A stretch of DNA of 64,000 bases from Auanema rhodensis (Eukaryota > Animalia > Nematoda): assembly GCA_964057225.1 (NCBI GenBank), contig OZ059900.1, forward strand, positions 17,732,001-17,796,000, read 5' to 3'. A program made the position numbers and the translations under genes. The notes under the pieces were generated by a model. It searched no databases. It was not told the DNA's origin and saw only the letters and a list, made by a program, of their open reading frames with translations. Below are positions 9,843 through 24,800 of the stretch, one piece after another (within the stretch, counting starts at the first letter, position 1; each line of letters opens with the position of its first letter).

Positions 9843-12800
9843 CAGCGTGTTACATACTAAAATGAAGCATTTTACATGCTGAACACTAGAAAAATACAAA
9901 AACACAGTATTTCCCATGAGAAATATTTTATTATGCTGGAAAACCAGTTTTTGGAAATTTGAAACCTAGCTCAAAATTGTTCCTACAACGTCTAGTTCCA
10001 CTTTAACGACAACAATACAGGGGTTAGAAAATTAAGGAAATTAGCATATTCTGAGGGCACGCCCCTTATGGCTAATATTGATTAAATCGATTTTTGTTCA
10101 TATGAGTCGTCAAATGCAACGAATTTCAGCGTGTTACATACTAAAATGAAGCATTTCACATGCTGAACACTAGAAAAATACAAAAACACAGTATTTCCCA
10201 TGAGAAATATTTTATTATGCTGGAAAACCAGTTTTTGGAAAGTTCGCTGTAAACAAGGTTTTGACTTACGATTTCATGTGTTCAAACTCATGCAATGTCA
10301 ATGAAACCTAGCTCAAAATTGTTCGTACAACGTCTAGTTCCACTTTCACGACAAAAAAACAGGGGTTAGAAAATTAAGGAAATTAGCATATTCTGAGGGC
10401 ACGCCCCTTATGGCTAATATTGATTAAATCGATTTTTGTTCATATGAGTCGTCAAATGCAATTAATTTCAGCGTGTTACATACTAAAATGAAGCATTTTA
10501 CATGCTGAACACTAAAAAAATACAAAAACACAGTATTTCCCATGAGAAATATTTTATTATGCTGGAAAACCAGTTTTTGGAAATTTCGCTGTAAACAAGG
10601 TTTTGACTTACGATTTCATGTGTTCAAACTAATGCAATGTCAATGAAACCTAGCTCAAAATTGTTCCTACAACGTCTAGTTCCACTTTCACGACAAAAAA
10701 ACAGGGGTTAGAAAATTAAGGAAATTAGCATATTCTGAGGGCACGCCCCTTATGGCTAATATTGATTAAATCGATTTTTGTTCATATGAGTCGTCAAATG
10801 CAACGAATTTCAGCGTGTTACATACTAAAATGAAGCATTTTACATGCTGAACACTAGAAAAATACAAAAACACAGTATTTCCCATGAGAAATATTTTATT
10901 ATGCTGGAAAACCAGTTTTTGGAAATTTCGCTGTAAACAAGGTTTTGACTTACGATTTCATGTGTTCAAACTCATGCAATGTCAATGAAACCTAGCTCAA
11001 AATTGTTCCTACAACGTCTAGTTCCACTTTCACGACAACAAAACAGGGGTTAGAAAATTAAGGAAATTAGCATATTCTGAGGGCACGCCCCTTATGGCTA
11101 ATATTGATTAAATCGATTTTTGTTCATATGAGTCGTCAAATGCAACGAATTTCAGCGTGTTACATACTAAAATGAAGCATTTCACATGTTGAACACTGAA
11201 AAAATACAAAAACACAGTATTTCCCATGAGAAATATTTTATTATGCTGGAAAACCAGTTTTTGGAAATTTCGCTGTAAACAAGGTTTTGACTTACGATTT
11301 CATGTGTTCAAACTCATGCAATGTCAATGAAACCTAGCTCAAAATTGTTCCTACAACGTCTAGTTCCACTTTCACGACAAAAAAACAGGGGTTAGAAAAT
11401 TAAGGAAATTAGCATATTCTGAGGGCACGCCTCTTATGGCTAATATTGATTAAATCGATTTTTGTTCATATGAGTCGTCAAATGCAACGAATTTCAGCGT
11501 GTTACATACTAAAATGAAGCATTTTACATGCTGAACACTATAAAAATACAAAAACACAGTATTTCCCATGAGAAATATTTTATTATGCTGGAAAACCAGT
11601 TTTTGGAAATTTCGCTGTAAACAAGGTTTTGACTTACGATTTCATGTGTTCAAACTCATGCAATGTCAATGAAACCTAGCTCAAAATTGTTCCTACAACG
11701 TCTAGTTCCACTTTCACGACAACAAAACAGGGGTTAGAAAATTAAGGAAATTAGCATATTCTGAGGGCACGCCCCTTATGGCTAATATTGATTAAATCGA
11801 TTTTTGTTCATATGAGTCGTCAAATGCAACGAATTTCAGCGTGTTTTATACTAAAATGAAGTATTTTACATGCTGAACACTAGAAAAATACAAAAACACA
11901 GTATTTCCCATAAGAAATATTTTATTATGCTGGAAAACCAGTTTTTGGAAAGTTCGCTGTAAACAAGGTTTTGACTTACGATTTCATGTGTTCAAACTCA
12001 TGCAATGTCAATGAAACCTAGCTCAAAATTGTTCGTACAACGTCTAGTTCCACTTTCACGACAAAAAAACAGGGGTTAGAAAATTAAGGAAATTAGCATA
12101 TTCTGAGGGCACGCCCCTTATGGCTAATATTGATTAAATCGATTTTTGTTCATATGAGTCGTCAAATGCAATTAATTTCAGCGTGTTACATACTAAAATG
12201 AAGCATTTTACATGCTGAACACTAAAAAAATACAAAAACACAGTATTTCCCATGAGAAATATTTTATTATGCTGGAAAACCAGTTTTTGGAAATTTCGCT
12301 GTAAACAAGGTTTTGACTTACGATTTCATGTGTTCAAACTCATGCAATGTCAATGAAACCTAGCTCAAAATTGTTCCTACAACGTCTAGTTCCACTTTCA
12401 CGACAAAAAAACAGGGGTTAGAAAATTAAGGAAATTAGCATATTCTGAGGGCACGCCCCTTATGGCTAATATTGATTAAATCGATTTTTGTTCATATGAG
12501 TCGTCAAATGAAACGAATTTCAGCGTGTTACATACTAAAATGAAGCATTTTACATGCTGAACACTAGAAAAATACAAAAACACAGTATTTCCCATGAGAA
12601 ATATTTTATTATGCTGGAAAACCAGTTTTTGGAAATTTCGCTGTAAACAAGGTTTTGACTTACGATTTCATGTGTTCAAACTCATGCAATGTCAATGAAA
12701 CCTAGCTCAAAATTGTTCCTACAACGTCTAGTTCCACTTTCACGACAACAAAACAGGGGTTAGAAAATTAAGGAAATTAGCATATTCTGAGGGCACGCCC

Positions 12801-15800
12801 CTTATGGCTAATATTGATTAAATCGATTTTTGTTCATATGAGTCGTCAAATGCAACGAATTTCAGCGTGTTACATACTAAAATGAAGCATTTCACATGCT
12901 GAACACTGAAAAAATACAAAAACACAGTATTTCCCATGAGAAATATTTTATTATGCTGGAAAACCAGTTTTTGGAAATTTCGCTGTAAACAAGGTTTTGA
13001 CTTACGATTTCATGTGTTCAAACTCATGCAATGTCAATGAAACCTAGCTCAAAATTGTTCCTACAACGTCTAGTTCCACTTTCACGACAAAAAAACAGGG
13101 GTTAGAAAATTAAGGAAATTAGCATATTCTGAGGGCACGCCTCTTATGGCTAATATTGATTAAATCGATTTTTGTTCATATGAGTCGTCAAATGCAACGA
13201 ATTTCAGCGTGTTACATACTAAAATGAAGCATTTTACATGCTGAACACTATAAAAATACAAAAACACAGTATTTCCCATGAGAAATATTTTATTATGCTG
13301 GAAAACCAGTTTTTGGAAATTTCGCTGTAAACAAGGTTTTGACTTACGATTTCATGTGTTCAAACTCATGCAATGTCAATGAAACCTAGCTCAAAATTGT
13401 TCCTACAACGTCTAGTTCCACTTTCACGACAACAAAACAGGGGTTAGAAAATTAAGGAAATTAGCATATTCTGAGGGCACGCCCCTTATGGCTAATATTG
13501 ATTAAATCGATTTTTGTTCATATGAGTCGTCAAATGCAACGAATTTCAGCGTGTTACATACTAAAATGAAGCATTTCACATGCTGAACACTAGAAAAATA
13601 CAAAAACACAGTATTTCCCATGAGAAATATTTTATTATGCTGGAAAACCAGTTTTTGGAAATTTCGCTGTAAACAAGGTTTTGACTTACGATTTCATGTG
13701 TTCAAACTCATGCAATGTCAATAAAACCTAGCTCAAAATTGTTCGTACAACGTCTAGTTCCACTTTCACGACAAAAAAACAGGGGTTAGAAAATTAAGGA
13801 AATTAGCATATTCTGAGGGCACGCCCCTTATGGCTAATATTGATTAAATCGATTTTTGTTCATATGAGTCGTCAAATGCAACGAATTTCAGCGTGTTACA
13901 TACTAAAATGAAGCATTTCACATGCTGAACACTAGAAAAATACAAAAACACAGTATTTCCCATGAGAAATATTTTATTATGCTGGAAAACCAGTTTTTGG
14001 AAATTTCGCTGTAAACAAGGTTTTGACTTACGATTTCATGTGTTCAAACTCATGCAATGTCAATGAAACCTAGCTCACAATTGTTCGTACAACGTCTAGT
14101 TCCACTTTCACGACAAAAAAACAGGGGTTAGAAAATTAAGGAAATTAGCATATTCTGAGGGCACGCCCCTAATGGCTAATATTGATTAAATCGATTTTTG
14201 TTCATATGAGTCGTCAAATGCAATTAATTTCAGCGTGTTACATACTAAAATGAAGCATTTTACATGCTGAACACTAAAAAAATACAAAAACACAGTATTT
14301 CCCATGAGAAATATTTTATTATGCTGGAAAACGAGTTTTTGGAAATTTCGCTGTAAACAAGGTTTTGACTTACGATTTCATGTGTTCAAACTCATGCAAT
14401 GTCAATGAAACCTAGCTCAAAATTGTTCCTACAACGTCTAGTTCCACTTTCACGACAAAAAAACAGGGGTTAGAAAATTAAGGAAATTAGCATATTCTGA
14501 GGGCACGCCCTTTATGGCTAATATTGATTAAATCGATTTTTGTTCATATGAGTCGTCAAATGCAACGAATTTCAGCGTGTTACATACTAAAATGAAACAT
14601 TTTACATGCTGAACACTATAAAAATACAAAAACACAGTATTTCCCATGAGAAATATTTTATTATGCTGGAAAACCAGTTTTTGGAAATTTCGCTGTAAAC
14701 AAGGTTTTGACTTACGATTTCATGTGTTCAAACTCATGCAATGTCAATGAAACCTAGCTCAAAATTGTTCGTACAACGTCTAGTTCCACTTTCACGACAA
14801 AAAAACAGGGGTTAGAAAATTAAGGAAATTAGCATATTCTGAGGGCACGCCCCTTATGGCTAATATTGATTAAATCGATTTTTGTTCATATGAGTCGTCA
14901 AATGCAACGAATTTCAGCGTGTTACATACTAAAATGAAGCATTTTACATGCTGAACACTAGAAAAATACAAAAACACAGTATTTCTCATGAGAAATATTT
15001 TATTATGCTGGAAAACCAGTTTTTGGAAATTTCGCTGTAAACAAGGTTTTGACTTACGATTTCATGTGTTCAAACTCATGCAATGTCAATAAAACCTAGC
15101 TCAAAATTGTTCGTACAACGTCTAGTTTCACTTTCACGACAAAAAAACAGGGGTTAGAAAATTAAGGAAATTAGCATATTCTGAGGGCACGCCCCTTATG
15201 GCTAATATTGATTAAATCGATTTTTGTTCATATGAGTCGTCAAATGCAACGAATTTCAGCGTGTTACATACTAAAATGAAGCATTTTACATGCTGAACAC
15301 TATAAAAATACAAAAACACAGTATTTCCCATGAGAAATATTTTATTATGCTGGAAAACCAGTTTTTGGAAATTTCGCTGTAAACAAGGTTTTGACTTACG
15401 ATTTCATGTGTTCAAACTCATGCAATGTCAATGAAACCTAGCTCAAAATTGTTCCTACAACGTCTAGTTCCACTTTCACGACAAAAAACAGGGGTTAGAA
15501 AATTAAGGAAATTAGCATATTCTGAGGGCACGCCCCTTATGGCTAATATTGATTAAATCGATTTTTGTTCATATGAGTCGTCAAATGCAACGAATTTCAG
15601 CGTGTTACATACTAAAATGAAGCATTTTACATGCTGAACACTAGAAAAATACAAAAACACAGTATTTCTCATGAGAAATATTTTATTATGCTGGAAAACC
15701 AGTTTTTGGAAATTTCGCTGTAAACAAGGTTTTGACTTACGATTTCATGTGTTCAAACTCATGCAATGTCAATAAAACCTAGCTCAAAATTGTTCGTACA

Positions 15801-18800
15801 ACGTCTAGTTTCACTTTCACGACAAAAAAACAGGGGTTAGAAAATTAAGGAAATTAGCATATTCTGAGGGCACGCCCCTTATGGCTAATATTGATTAAAT
15901 CGATTTTTGTTCATATGAGTCGTCAAATGCAACGAATTTCAGCGTGTTACATACTAAAATGAAGCATTTTACATGCTGAACACTATAAAAATACAAAAAC
16001 ACAGTATTTCCCATGAGAAATATTTTATTATGCTGGAAAACCAGTTTTTGGAAATTTCGCTGTAAACAAGGTTTTGACTTACGATTTCATGTGTTCAAAC
16101 TCATGCAATGTCAATGAAACCTAGCTCAAAATTGTTCCTACAACGTCTAGTTCCACTTTCACGACAAAAAACAGGGGTTAGAAAATTAAGGAAATTAGCA
16201 TATTCTGAGGGCAAGCCCCTTATGGCTAATATTGATTAAATCGATTTTTGTTCATATGAGTCGTCAAATGCAACGAATTTCAGCGTGTTACATACTAAAA
16301 TGAAGCATTTTACATGCTGAACACTAGAAAAATACAAAAACACAGTATTTCCCATGAGAAATATTTTATTATGCTGGAAAACCAGTTTTTGGAAATTTCG
16401 CTGTAAACAAGGTTTTGACTTACGATTTCATGTGTTCAAACTCATGCAATGTCAATGAAACCTAGCTCAAAATTGTTCCTACAACGTCTAGTTCCACTTT
16501 CACGACAACAAAACAGGGGTTAGAAAATTAAGGAAATTAGCATATTCTGAGGGCACGCCCCTTATGGCTAATATTGATTAAATCGATTTTTGTTCATATG
16601 AGTCGTCAAATGCAACGAATTTCAGCGTGTTACATACTAAAATGAAGCATTTCACATGCTGAACACTAGAAAAATACAAAAACACAGTATTTCCCATGAG
16701 AAATATTTTATTATGCTGGAAAACCAGTTTTTGGAAATTTCGCTGTAAACAAGGTTTTGACTTACGATTTCATGTGTTCAAACTCATGCAATGTCAATGA
16801 AACCTAGCTCAAAATTGTTCCTACAACGTCTAGTTCCACTTTCACGACAACAAAACAGGGGTTAGAAAATTAAGGAAATTAGCATATTCTGAGGGCACGC
16901 CCCTTATGGCTAATATTGATTAAATCGATTTTTGTTCATATGAGTCGTCAAATGCAACGAATTTCAGCGTGTTACATACTAAAATGAAGCATTTCACATG
17001 CTGAACACTAGAAAAATACAAAAACACAGTATTTCCCATGAGAAATATTTTATTATGCTGGAAAACCAGTTTTTGGAAATTTCGCTGTAAACAAGGTTTT
17101 GACTTACGATTTCATGTGTTCAAACTCATGCAATGTCAATAAAACCTAGCTCAAAATTGTTCGTACAACGTCTAGTTCCACTTTCACGACAAAAAAACAG
17201 GGGTTAGAAAATTAAGGAAATTAGCATATTCTGAGGGCACGCCCCTTATGGCTAATATTGATTAAATCGATTTTTGTTCATATGAGTCGTCAAATGCAAC
17301 GAATTTCAGCGTGTTACATACTAAAATGAAGCATTTCACATGCTGAACACTAGAAAAATACAAAAACACAGTATTTCCCATGAGAAATATTTTATTATGC
17401 TGGAAAACCAGTTTTTGGAAATTTCGCTGTAAACAAGGTTTTGACTTACGATTTCATGTGTTCAAACTCATGCAATGTCAATGAAACCTAGCTCAAAATT
17501 GTTCGTACAACGTCTAGTTCCACTTTCACGACAAAAAAACAGGGGTTAGAAAATTAAGGAAATTAGCATATTCTGAGGGCACGCCCTTTATGGCTAATAT
17601 TGATTAAATCGATTTTTGTTCATATGAGTCGTCAAATGCAATTAATTTCAGCGTGTTACATACTAAAATGAAGCATTTTACATGCTGAACACTAAAAAAA
17701 TACAAAAACACAGTATTTCCCATGAGAAATATTTTATTATGCTGGAAAACGAGTTTTTGGAAATTTCGCTGTAAACAAGGTTTTGACTTACGATTTCATG
17801 TGTTCAAACTCATGCAATGTCAATGAAACCTAGCTCAAAATTGTTCCTACAACGTCTAGTTCCACTTTCACGACAAAAAAACAGGGGTTAGAAAATTAAG
17901 GAAATTAGCATATTCTGAGGGCACGCCCCTTATGGCTAATATTGATTAAATCGATTTTTGTTCATATGAGTCGTCAAATGCAACGAATTTCAGCGTGTTA
18001 CATACTAAAATGAAGCATTTCACATGCTGAACACTAGAAAAATACAAAAACACAGTATTTCCCATGAGAAATATTTTATTATGCTGGAAAACCAGTTTTT
18101 GGAAATTTCGCTGTAAACAAGGTTTTGACTTACGATTTCATGTGTTCAAACTCATGCAATGTCAATAAAACCTAGCTCAAAATTGTTCGTACAACGTCTA
18201 GTTCCACTTTCACGACAAAAAAACAGGGGTTAGAAAATTAAGGAAATTAGCATATTCTGAGGGCACGCCCCTTATGGCTAATATTGATTAAATCGATTTT
18301 TGTTCATATGAGTCGTCAAATGCAACGAATTTCAGCGTGTTACATACTAAAATGAAGCATTTCACATGCTGAACACTAGAAAAATACAAAAACACAGTAT
18401 TTCCCATGAGAAATATTTTATTATGCTGGAAAACCAGTTTTTGGAAATTTCGCTGTAAACAAGGTTTTGACTTACGATTTCATGTGTTCAAACTCATGCA
18501 ATGTCAATGAAACCTAGCTCACAATTGTTCGTACAACGTCTAGTTCCACTTTCACGACAAAAAAACAGGGGTTAGAAAATTAAGGAAATTAGCATATTCT
18601 GAGGGCACGCCCCTTATGGCTAATATTGATTAAATCGATTTTTGTTCATATGAGTCGTCAAATGCAATTAATTTCAGCGTGTTACATACTAAAATGAAGC
18701 ATTTTACATGCTGAACACTAAAAAAATACAAAAACACAGTATTTCCCATGAGAAATATTTTATTATGCTGGAAAACGAGTTTTTGGAAATTTCGCTGTAA

Positions 18801-21800
18801 ACAAGGTTTTGACTTACGATTTCATGTGTTCAAACTCATGCAATGTCAATGAAACCTAGCTCAAAATTGTTCCTACAACGTCTAGTTCCACTTTCACGAC
18901 AAAAAAACAGGGGTTAGAAAATTAAGGAAATTAGCATATTCTGAGGGCACGCCCTTTATGGCTAATATTGATTAAATCGATTTTTGTTCATATGAGTCGT
19001 CAAATGCAACGAATTTCAGCGTGTTACATACTAAAATGAAACATTTTACATGCTGAACACTATAAAAATACAAAAACACAGTATTTCCCATGAGAAATAT
19101 TTTATTATGCTGGAAAACCAGTTTTTGGAAATTTCGCTGTAAACAAGGTTTTGACTTACGATTTCATGTGTTCAAACTCATGCAATGTCAATGAAACCTA
19201 GCTCAAAATTGTTCGTACAACGTCTAGTTCCACTTTCACGACAAAAAAACAGGGGTTAGAAAATTAAGGAAATTAGCATATTCTGAGGGCACGCCCCTTA
19301 TGGCTAATATTGATTAAATCGATTTTTGTTCATATGAGTCGTCAAATGCAACGAATTTCAGCGTGTTACATACTAAAATGAAGCATTTTACATGCTGAAC
19401 ACTAGAAAAATACAAAAACACAGTATTTCTCATGAGAAATATTTTATTATGCTGGAAAACCAGTTTTTGGAAATTTCGCTGTAAACAAGGTTTTGACTTA
19501 CGATTTCATGTGTTCAAACTCATGCAATGTCAATAAAACCTAGCTCAAAATTGTTCGTACAACGTCTAGTTCCACTTTCACGACAAAAAAACAGGGGTTA
19601 GAAAATTAAGGAAATTAGCATATTCTGAGGGCACGCCCCTTATGGCTAATATTGATTAAATCGATTTTTGTTCATATGAGTCGTCAAATGCAACGAATTT
19701 CAGCGTGTTACATACTAAAATGAAGCATTTTACATGCTGAACACTATAAAAATACAAAAACACAGTATTTCCCATGAGAAATATTTTATTATGCTGGAAA
19801 ACCAGTTTTTGGAAATTTCGCTGTAAACAAGGTTTTGACTTACGATTTCATGTGTTCAAACTCATGCAATGTCAATGAAACCTAGCTCAAAATTGTTCCT
19901 ACAACGTCTAGTTCCACTTTCACGACAAAAAACAGGGGTTAGAAAATTAAGGAAATTAGCATATTCTGAGGGCACGCCCCTTATGGCTAATATTGATTAA
20001 ATCGATTTTTGTTCATATGAGTCGTCAAATGCAACGAATTTCAGCGTGTTACATACTAAAATGAAGCATTTTACATGCTGAACACTAGAAAAATACAAAA
20101 ACACAGTATTTCCCATGAGAAATATTTTATTATGCTGGAAAACCAGTTTTTGGAAATTTCGCTGTAAACAAGGTTTTGACTTACGATTTCATGTGTTCAA
20201 ACTCATGCAATGTCAATGAAACCTAGCTCAAAATTGTTCCTACAACGTCTAGTTCCACTTTCACGACAACAAAACAGGGGTTAGAAAATTAAGGAAATTA
20301 GCATATTCTGAGGGCACGCCCCTTATGGCTAATATTGATTAAATCGATTTTTGTTCATATGAGTCGTCAAATGCAACGAATTTCAGCGTGTTACATACTA
20401 AAATGAAGCATTTCACATGCTGAACACTAGAAAAATACAAAAACACAGTATTTCCCATGAGAAATATTTTATTATGCTGGAAAACCAGTTTTTGGAAATT
20501 TCGCTGTAAACAAGGTTTTGACTTACGATTTCATGTGTTCAAACTCATGCAATGTCAATGAAACCTAGCTCAAAATTGTTCCTACAACGTCTAGTTCCAC
20601 TTTCACGACAACAAAACAGGGGTTAGAAAATTAAGGAAATTAGCATATTCTGAGGGCACGCCCCTTATGGCTAATATTGATTAAATCGATTTTTGTTCAT
20701 ATGAGTCGTCAAATGCAACGAATTTCAGCGTGTTACATACTAAAATGAAGCATTTCACATGCTGAACACTAGAAAAATACAAAAACACAGTATTTCCCAT
20801 GAGAAATATTTTATTATGCTGGAAAACCAGTTTTTGGAAATTTCGCTGTAAACAAGGTTTTGACTTACGATTTCATGTGTTCAAACTCATGCAATGTCAA
20901 TAAAACCTAGCTCAAAATTGTTCGTACAACGTCTAGTTCCACTTTCACGACAAAAAAACAGGGGTTAGAAAATTAAGGAAATTAGCATATTCTGAGGGCA
21001 CGCCCCTTATGGCTAATATTGATTAAATCGATTTTTGTTCATATGAGTCGTCAAATGCAACGAATTTCAGCGTGTTACATACTAAAATGAAGCATTTCAC
21101 ATGCTGAACACTAGAAAAATACAAAAACACAGTATTTCCCATGAGAAATATTTTATTATGCTGGAAAACCAGTTTTTGGAAATTTCGCTGTAAACAAGGT
21201 TTTGACTTACGATTTCATGTGTTCAAACTCATGCAATGTCAATGAAACCTAGCTCAAAATTGTTCGTACAACGTCTAGTTCCACTTTCACGACAAAAAAA
21301 CAGGGGTTAGAAAATTAAGGAAATTAGCATATTCTGAGGGCACGCCCCTTATGACTAATATTGATTAAATCGATTTTTGTTCATATGAGTCGTCAAATGC
21401 AATTAATTTCAGCGTGTTACATACTAAAATGAAGCATTTTACATGCTGAACACTAAAAAAATACAAAAACACAGTATTTCCCATGAGAAATATTTTATTA
21501 TGCTGGAAAACGAGTTTTTGGAAATTTCGCTGTAAACAAGGTTTTGACTTACGATTTCATGTGTTCAAACTCATGCAATGTCAATGAAACCTAGCTCAAA
21601 ATTGTTCCTACAACGTCTAGTTCCACTTTCACGACAAAAAAACAGGGGTTAGAAAATTAAGGAAATTAGCATATTCTGAGGGCACGCCCTTTATGGCTAA
21701 TATTGATTAAATCGATTTTTGTTCATATGAGTCGTCAAATGCAACGAATTTCAGCGTGTTACATACTAAAATGAAACATTTTACATGCTGAACACTATAA

Positions 21801-24800
21801 AAATACAAAAACACAGTATTTCCCATGAGAAATATTTTATTATGCTGGAAAACCAGTTTTTGGAAATTTCGCTGTAAACAAGGTTTTGACTTACGATTTC
21901 ATGTGTTCAAACTCATGCAATGTCAATGAAACCTAGCTCAAAATTGTTCGTACAACGTCTAGTTCCACTTTCACGACAAAAAAACAGGGGTTAGAAAATT
22001 AAGGAAATTAGCATATTCTGAGGGCACGCCCCTTATGGCTAATATTGATTAAATCGATTTTTGTTCATATGAGTCGTCAAATGCAACGAATTTCAGCGTG
22101 TTACATAATAAAATGAAGCATTTTACATGCTGAACACTAGAAAAATACAAAAACACAGTATTTCTCATGAGAAATATTTTATTATGCTGGAAAACCAGTT
22201 TTTGGAAATTTCGCTGTAAACAAGGTTTTGACTTACGATTTCATGTGTTCAAACTCATGCAATGTCAATAAAACCTAGCTCAAAATTGTTCGTACAACGT
22301 CTAGTTCCACTTTCACGACAAAAAAACAGGGGTTAGAAAATTAAGGAAATTAGCATATTCTGAGGGCACGCCCCTTATGGCTAATATTGATTAAATCGAT
22401 TTTTGTTCATATGAGTCGTCAAATGCAACGAATTTCAGCGTGTTACATACTAAAATGAAGCATTTTACATGCTGAACACTATAAAAATACAAAAACACAG
22501 TATTTCCCATGAGAAATATTTTATTATGCTGGAAAACCAGTTTTTGGAAATTTCGCTGTAAACAAGGTTTTGACTTACGATTTCATGTGTTCAAACTCAT
22601 GCAATGTCAATGAAACCTAGCTCAAAATTGTTCCTACAACGTCTAGTTCCACTTTCACGACAAAAAACAGGGGTTAGAAAATTAAGGAAATTAGCATATT
22701 CTGAGGGCACGCCCCTTATGGCTAATATTGATTAAATCGATTTTTGTTCATATGAGTCGTCAAATGCAATTAATTTCAGCGTGTTACATACTAAAATGAA
22801 GCATTTTACATGCTGAACACTAAAAAAATACAAAAACACAGTATTTCCCATGAGAAATATTTTATTATGCTGGAAAACGAGTTTTTGGAAATTTCGCTGT
22901 AAACAAGGTTTTGACTTACGATTTCATGTGTTCAAACTCATGCAATGTCAATGAAACCTAGCTCAAAATTGTTCCTACAACGTCTAGTTCCACTTTCACG
23001 ACAACAAAACAGGGGTTAGAAAATTAAGGAAATTAGCATATTCTGAGGGCACGCCCCTTATGGCTAATATTGATTAAATCGATTTTTGTTCATATGAGTC
23101 GTCAAATGCAACGAATTTCAGCGTGTTACATACTAAAATGAAGCATTTCACATGCTGAACACTAGAAAAATACAAAAACACAGTATTTCCCATGAGAAAT
23201 ATTTTATTATGCTGGAAAACCAGTTTTTGGAAATTTCGCTGTAAACAAGGTTTTGACTTACGATTTCATGTGTTCAAACTCATGCAATGTCAATGAAACC
23301 TAGCTCAAAATTGTTCCTACAACGTCTAGTTCCACTTTCACGACAACAAAACAGGGGTTAGAAAATTAAGGAAATTAGCATATTCTGAGGGCACGCCCCT
23401 TATGGCTAATATTGATTAAATCGATTTTTGTTCATATGAGTCGTCAAATGCAACGAATTTCAGCGTGTTACATACTAAAATGAAGCATTTCACATGCTGA
23501 ACACTAGAAAAATACAAAAACACAGTATTTCCCATGAGAAATATTTTATTATGCTGGAAAACCAGTTTTTGGAAATTTCGCTGTAAACAAGGTTTTGACT
23601 TACGATTTCATGTGTTCAAACTCATGCAATGTCAATGAAACCTAGCTCAAAATTGTTCGTACAACGTCTAGTTCCACTTTCACGACAAAAAAACAGGGGT
23701 TAGAAAATTAAGGAAATTAGCATATTCTGAGGGCACGCCCCTTATGGCTAATATTGATTAAATCGATTTTTGTTCATATGAGTCGTCAAATGCAATTAAT
23801 TTCAGCGTGTTACATACTAAAATGAAGCATTTTACATGCTGAACACTAAAAAAATACAAAAACACAGTATTTCCCATGAGAAATATTTTATTATGCTGGA
23901 AAACGAGTTTTTGGAAATTTCGCTGTAAACAAGGTTTTGACTTACGATTTCATGTGTTCAAACTCATGCAATGTCAATGAAACCTAGCTCAAAATTGTTC
24001 CTACAACGTCTAGTTCCACTTTCACGACAAAAAAACAGGGGTTAGAAAATTAAGGAAATTAGCATATTCTGAGGGCACGCCCTTTATGGCTAATATTGAT
24101 TAAATCGATTTTTGTTCATATGAGTCGTCAAATGCAACGAATTTCAGCGTGTTACATACTAAAATGAAACATTTTACATGCTGAACACTATAAAAATACA
24201 AAAACACAGTATTTCCCATGAGAAATATTTTATTATGCTGGAAAACGAGTTTTTGGAAATTTCGCTGTAAACAAGGTTTTGACTTACGATTTCATGTGTT
24301 CAAACTCATGCAATGTCAATGAAACCTAGCTCAAAATTGTTCCTACAACGTCTAGTTCCACTTTCACGACAAAAAAACAGGGGTTAGAAAATTAAGGAAA
24401 TTAGCATATTCTGAGGGCACGCCCCTTATGGCTAATATTGATTAAATCGATTTTTGTTCATATGAGTCGTCAAATGCAACGAATTTCAGCGTGTTACATA
24501 CTAAAATGAAGCATTTCACATGCTGAACACTAGAAAAATACAAAAACACAGTATTTCCCATGAGAAATATTTTATTATGCTGGAAAACCAGTTTTTGGAA
24601 ATTTCGCTGTAAACAAGGTTTTGACTTACGATTTCATGTGTTCAAACTCATGCAATGTCAATAAAACCTAGCTCAAAATTGTTCGTACAACGTCTAGTTC
24701 CACTTTCACGACAAAAAAACAGGGGTTAGAAAATTAAGGAAATTAGCATATTCTGAGGGCACGCCCCTTATGGCTAATATTGATTAAATCGATTTTTGTT

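Noticed and set aside
176-9917. Four 67-aa ORFs (176, 2564, 7326, 9714)
   Set aside because: They are chance read-throughs across the type-B inversion junction of the satellite. No recognisable domain or gene context.
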